A stretch of 14,685 nucleotides of DNA, from assembly GCF_000017845.1 (NCBI RefSeq), contig NC_010542.1, positions 1-14,685 on the forward strand. Direction: 5' to 3'. The notes below the pieces were generated by a model, which was given only the letters and a program-made list of their open reading frames with translations, was not told where the DNA came from and did not search any database. This document shows, piece after piece, positions 11,734 to 14,685 of this stretch. The position numbers were made by a program, and so were the translations under genes. Origin of the DNA: Crocosphaera subtropica ATCC 51142 (GTDB taxonomy: Bacteria > Cyanobacteriota > Cyanobacteriia > Cyanobacteriales > Microcystaceae). Position 1 is the first letter of the stretch. Every line of letters begins with the position of its first letter.

Positions 11734-12339
11734 CTAAAAATCCAGGGTAGAGATCGCGTGTTGCTTCTGCTTATCCGTGACCCCTAGATAGCGTTCGAGG
11801 GCGGCTAAGGTACGATGACCTGAGATAGCTTGGATGTGTCTGAGAGGAACACCAGCATCACTCATTTGGGTCAAAGCGGTACGTCGGAAGCTGTGGGTAC
11901 TGACTCCTTCGATTTCCAGCTTTTTACAGATGCCTCTGAGAATGCGGTCAGCACTGGCTTTATGAATGTGGCCACGTCCATGACGGCCTGGGAAAAGATT
12001 CGGGTTATATTTATTGAGAGATGGGTATGAGTCTTGATATTCCTGTAAATATTGAGTTAGACGGGGGTGTATATCAATTTCTCTAGTGTCTTGTTTTCCT
12101 TTGGTGTTGAAACTGCGGATAACAAGTTTTTCCCTGATACCTTTGATGCCGATCACATCACCATAGAAGAGGGTAACAGCTTCATTAATACGGGCTGCTG
12201 CGTAGAGACAGATGCCGAATAAAGCTTTATCTCTTGGATTAAGGAAGCCTTCGGTGAATAATAGAGATATCTGATCAGATGTGAGGATTTCAGCGCGGCC
12301 ATAGCGGTTTACTTTCATAAAAGTATTGTACGCTGTCAT
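11734..12339 (-). CDS. tyrosine recombinase, catalytic domain only (~200 aa)
   Basis: The full catalytic signature is present in order: AAARINEA (Arg), NTKGKQ (Lys), HSFRRT (His-x-x-Arg), SGHRT (His), LERYLG (Tyr nucleophile). There is no N-terminal SAM-like core-binding domain. Confidence 0.9.
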   Translation of the reverse strand: MTAYNTFMKVNRYGRAEILTSDQISLLFTEGFLNPRDKALFGICLYAAARINEAVTLFYGDVIGIKGIREKLVIRSFNTKGKQDTREIDIHPRLTQYLQEYQDSYPSLNKYNPNLFPGRHGRGHIHKASADRILRGICKKLEIEGVSTHSFRRTALTQMSDAGVPLRHIQAISGHRTLAALERYLGVTDKQKQHAISTLDF

Positions 12340-12523
12340 AGATAAGTTTAATAACGTAGAAGCATTGAAAGCCCATCACATGGTTGTTACAGCAACAGGA
12401 GTTTAGATTTTCTTATCATTTCACTTTAAGATTCCTGAGTATTAACACTCAAACGATAAGTTTTATTTATATAGTCAAGGAACGGGTTAAACGTTTTGAA
12501 AATGGAACAGGAGGAAAGGATTG

Positions 12524-12790
12524 ATGGAAAGTCTCAAGATACGCTCCCGTGTGGATGCTGATGGAGTTGTGCGCTTACAAGTTCCTGTGGAGTTAGCCAA
12601 CTCAGAAATTGACTTAGTGGTGGTTTATCAAACAGTGGAAAAGAGCAGAGAATCAAAGGAGTCTAAAACCGCTACTGAATTAGGCTATCCCGAAGATTTT
12701 TTTGATTCGACTTTTGGTTGTTGGGAAGGGGAACCTTTAACCAGAGGTGAACAAGGGGAATGTGACCAAAGACGTTGGGATCTACTGTGA
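12524..12790 (+). CDS. vapB: VapB-type antitoxin
   Basis: A small ORF directly upstream of the PIN toxin and overlapping it. AGGAGG at 12509-12514 precedes the ATG at 12524 by 9 nt (the track uses TTG at 12521). It has a beta-rich N-terminus (IRSRVDADGVVRLQVPVEL) and an acidic tail GYPEDFFDSTFGCWEGEPLTRGEQGE, typical of cyanobacterial PIN-partner antitoxins. Confidence 0.8.
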   Translation: MESLKIRSRVDADGVVRLQVPVELANSEIDLVVVYQTVEKSRESKESKTATELGYPEDFFDSTFGCWEGEPLTRGEQGECDQRRWDLL

Positions 12791-13188
12791 TTTATCTACT
12801 CGATACTAATACTTGTATTCAATATTTGACCGGTAGAAGTCCTGCGGTAATGGCTCGCTTCAAGAGGGTGAGACGGGTTGAGATCGCTTTGTGTGATGTG
12901 GTCAAGGCCGAACTTTACTATGGGGCTAACAAGAGTTCACGTCGTGAGGCCAATCTAGCTTTATACGAACGTTTTTTTAGTCAATATGTGAGTTTACCTT
13001 TTGATGGCACGGCGGCCATTATTTATGGTCGCCTCAGAGCAACCCTTGAAGCTGTGGGGCAACCCATTGGCCCCTATGACCTAATGATTGCTGCGATCTC
13101 ATTAGCCAATAATTTAATTTTAGTGACTCATAATGTTGATGAGTTTAGCCGTGTCGAAGGGTTAACGATTGAAGATTGGGAAGTGTGA
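12787..13188 (+). CDS. vapC: PIN-domain ribonuclease toxin VapC
   Basis: IYLLDTNTCIQYL (first acidic residue), VVKAELYYGA, GPYDLMIAAISL and LVTHNVDEF together form the PIN acidic quartet pattern. I prefer the GTG at 12787, which overlaps the antitoxin stop as GTGA (translational coupling). The track starts at TTG 12775. Confidence 0.9.
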   Translation: MIYLLDTNTCIQYLTGRSPAVMARFKRVRRVEIALCDVVKAELYYGANKSSRREANLALYERFFSQYVSLPFDGTAAIIYGRLRATLEAVGQPIGPYDLMIAAISLANNLILVTHNVDEFSRVEGLTIEDWEV

Positions 13189-13307
13189 ACAGCTAGAACG
13201 AGGGCGTGTATAGTTGTGAGAAGCTATCAGGAGCAACCTATTATCACACTAAAGCCAAGCGATCTCTAGTGACCTCATAAAAGGTTTAATTACACAAAGT
13301 TCCCAAC

Positions 13308-13331
13308 AAAAAACCCCGTCAAATGACGAGG
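13308..13331 (-). terminator. intrinsic terminator for the 13368..13565 gene
   Basis: The minus strand reads cctcgtca tt tgacgggg tttttt. It has a 7-8 bp stem with one G-U pair, followed by a T6 run. Confidence 0.6.
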
Positions 13332-13367
13332 TAAATAACAAGAGAAGACGGTCATTGAAAACTGTAA

Positions 13368-13565
13368 TTAACGACCAAGCTTTTGAGAATAAGAAACGAG
13401 TCCAGCACTAACAACTTGACCATAGTTGTTGAGGCGATCTTGTTGTCCGGTGCGAGTGGGGGCAAAAAATGTATCGGTTAGGCCCATTGAAGCGAACATG
13501 ACGGTAGCAGCGAGAATGATGTAGTTGCGGACGATGGTGGTGTTGTTGGTGGTGGTGTTTAACAT
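13368..13565 (-). CDS. small single-TM membrane protein (65 aa from the internal ATG)
   Basis: The track ORF is 13368..13598. The ATG at 13565 is preceded by AGAGG ~9 nt upstream. The TM segment is YIILAATVMFASMGL. An intrinsic terminator follows. Confidence 0.5.
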   Translation of the reverse strand: MLNTTTNNTTIVRNYIILAATVMFASMGLTDTFFAPTRTGQQDRLNNYGQVVSAGLVSYSQKLGR

Positions 13566-13884
13566 TTGTTTGACCTCTGTTCCTCTTGTTACCTTCATAT
13601 TACGGGGTCGTCAAGGGTGATGTCAGTCCCAAAAGTAAGGTATATTCAGGGTTTTCACGATTCCCTTTATGGATGAGAAGTGGAATTAAGTAGAAAATAT
13701 TGCCCTTCTTTAACCTATTCACTTCTTCTGAGTTTCCCCTCAGTCATTGATAAGTTTTTGCTCTCTAATCTTTGATAAGTACGTCTAATGGATACTATTA
13801 AAATTAATCTGTCAAGCTCTCTTTACAGATTGTTACATTTACTGTTACAATTATTTACATAGAGAGCCATCGGAGGCAACACGG

Positions 13885-14055
13885 ATGTACACCACCCAAC
13901 TTGATAACGGACTTACCAACACCTACGCCGTTGAAACCAAGCCTTACTATGCTGAATATCCTGCGCCCTATCAACAACGTCGCTACTTAATTCAAGGGGC
14001 TGTCGCTGCATTATTCGTCACCAGCTTAGTAATGGTATCGGCTGTTATTAGCTAA
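13885..14055 (+). CDS. small tail-anchored membrane protein (56 aa)
   Basis: My own translation: MYTTQLDNGLTNTYAVETKPYYAEYPAPYQQRRYLIQGAVAALFVTSLVMVSAVIS. GGAGG at 13873-13877 lies 7 nt before the ATG. Upstream are TTTACA (13822-13827) and TACAAT (13846-13851) with an 18-nt spacer. A terminator follows. Confidence 0.55.
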   Translation: MYTTQLDNGLTNTYAVETKPYYAEYPAPYQQRRYLIQGAVAALFVTSLVMVSAVIS

Positions 14056-14098
14056 GAATTCATCTCTTGCTTGACAATTTTTGGATTTCTCCCGTTTG

Positions 14099-14122
14099 AC
14101 CTCAGATAGTCTGGGGTTTTTT
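14099..14122 (+). terminator. intrinsic terminator after the 56-aa ORF
   Basis: acctcaga (14099-14106) pairs with tctggggt (14110-14117) with one G-U pair. It is followed by tttttg. Confidence 0.55.
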
Positions 14123-14415
14123 GCTGTTTCTCTCTATGTTGATCTTTATTAATCTATTTCTAGCTGGCTTGATTATGTTTTCAAAGTTTTGTTGACCGAA
14201 ATGATCCTCATCAACTTCTCAGATAACTCAATTAACTCTTATTCAATATTCACAATTGGCGTTTGGGTAGAATCTGTAATAAAAACCCCGTTAAGGTTTG
14301 ACCATCACAATGATTATAAAATTTTTCTTAAGCGAGCTTTCGTCTATTTATGAACCTAGTTATCATTACATTCGGACTATATTTAGTTTTACTTTTATAG
14401 ATTAATAAAGTGACA

Positions 14416-14685
14416 ATGAAACGTAATATGAAGCTTATTAAAGAAATTTTATTAATGATTGAGAATGAAGAAACTCAAAAAGATGCAATTTTTAAAAAAT
14501 ATAGTAAAAAAGAAGTCTATTATCATAATTATTTAATTTATAAAGCTGGCTTAATTGAAGGAAATAATCACCTTTTAGAGAAAGATGCTTACCATGAAAA
14601 TTGGAATTTTCCTATTATTTGTCCAACAATAATTACTTGGTCCGGCTATGATTTTTTAGAAACAATTAGAGATAAAGATTTTTGA
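14416..14685 (+). CDS. DUF2513-like small protein
   Basis: MKRNMKLIKEILLMIENEE...YHNYLIYKAGLIEG...ITWSGYDFLETIRDK resembles the DUF2513 pattern as I remember it (MKRDMDLIRKILL..E......L...GLI......LTW.GH.FL). The track starts at GTG 14410. The stop TGA is the last three bases of the window. The gene has very low GC. Confidence 0.55.
   Translation: MKRNMKLIKEILLMIENEETQKDAIFKKYSKKEVYYHNYLIYKAGLIEGNNHLLEKDAYHENWNFPIICPTIITWSGYDFLETIRDKDF

Noticed and set aside
11830-12030. 66-aa + strand ORF antisense to the tyrosine recombinase
   Set aside because: It lies entirely within a confidently identified gene on the other strand, and it has no RBS.
14136-14195. 19-aa hydrophobic mini-ORF MLIFINLFLAGLIMFSKFC considered as a type I toxin
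   Set aside because: It has no SD, it starts 14 nt after a terminator, and I could identify no antisense RNA promoter or terminator. Short hydrophobic ORFs arise easily in T-rich DNA. It is worth only a glance in RNA-seq data.

Overview
This window reads like most or all of a small mobilizable plasmid. The host looks cyanobacterial, but that is inference from one HIP1 octamer GCGATCGC at 2818-2825, a PEP-CTERM tail and a cyanobacterial-style VapB tail.

Backbone:
- A large Rep protein with an archaeo-eukaryotic-primase-like N-terminal domain (1080-3563, -).
- An RSF1010/IncQ-style mobilization module. It has a MOBQ MobA/MobL relaxase (4908-6644, -), a 171-aa alternate-frame ORF nested inside the relaxase gene at a mobB-like position (5258-5773), an oriT with a hairpin plus GTAAGTGCGC nic core (about 6735-6770), and a divergent MobC homologue (6884-7495, +).
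- A catalytic-domain-only tyrosine recombinase (11734-12339, -).
- A translationally coupled vapBC pair (12524-13188, +).

The presumed leading region (7500-11600) is a mosaic:
- Three direct copies of a ~40-46 bp repeat split it into modules that carry a decayed recombinase paralogue and two strongly acidic ORFs.
- It also holds a 38-bp duplicated gene end and two GC-rich palindromes sitting in frame inside AT-rich ORFs.
- An RHH/coiled-coil/HTH protein gene is followed by a ~370-bp extremely AT-rich repeat field and a GC-rich island, which I read as an oriV or centromere candidate.

The most unusual single observation is that the MobC homologue carries a C-terminal domain that aligns almost residue for residue with the ribosomal bL12 (L7/L12) C-terminal domain.

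Both window ends carry very low-GC genes, a DUF2513-like ORF and a two-TM protein. They would be adjacent if the molecule is circular.

All family assignments come from by-eye motif recognition and alignment to sequences recalled from memory. No searches were run.
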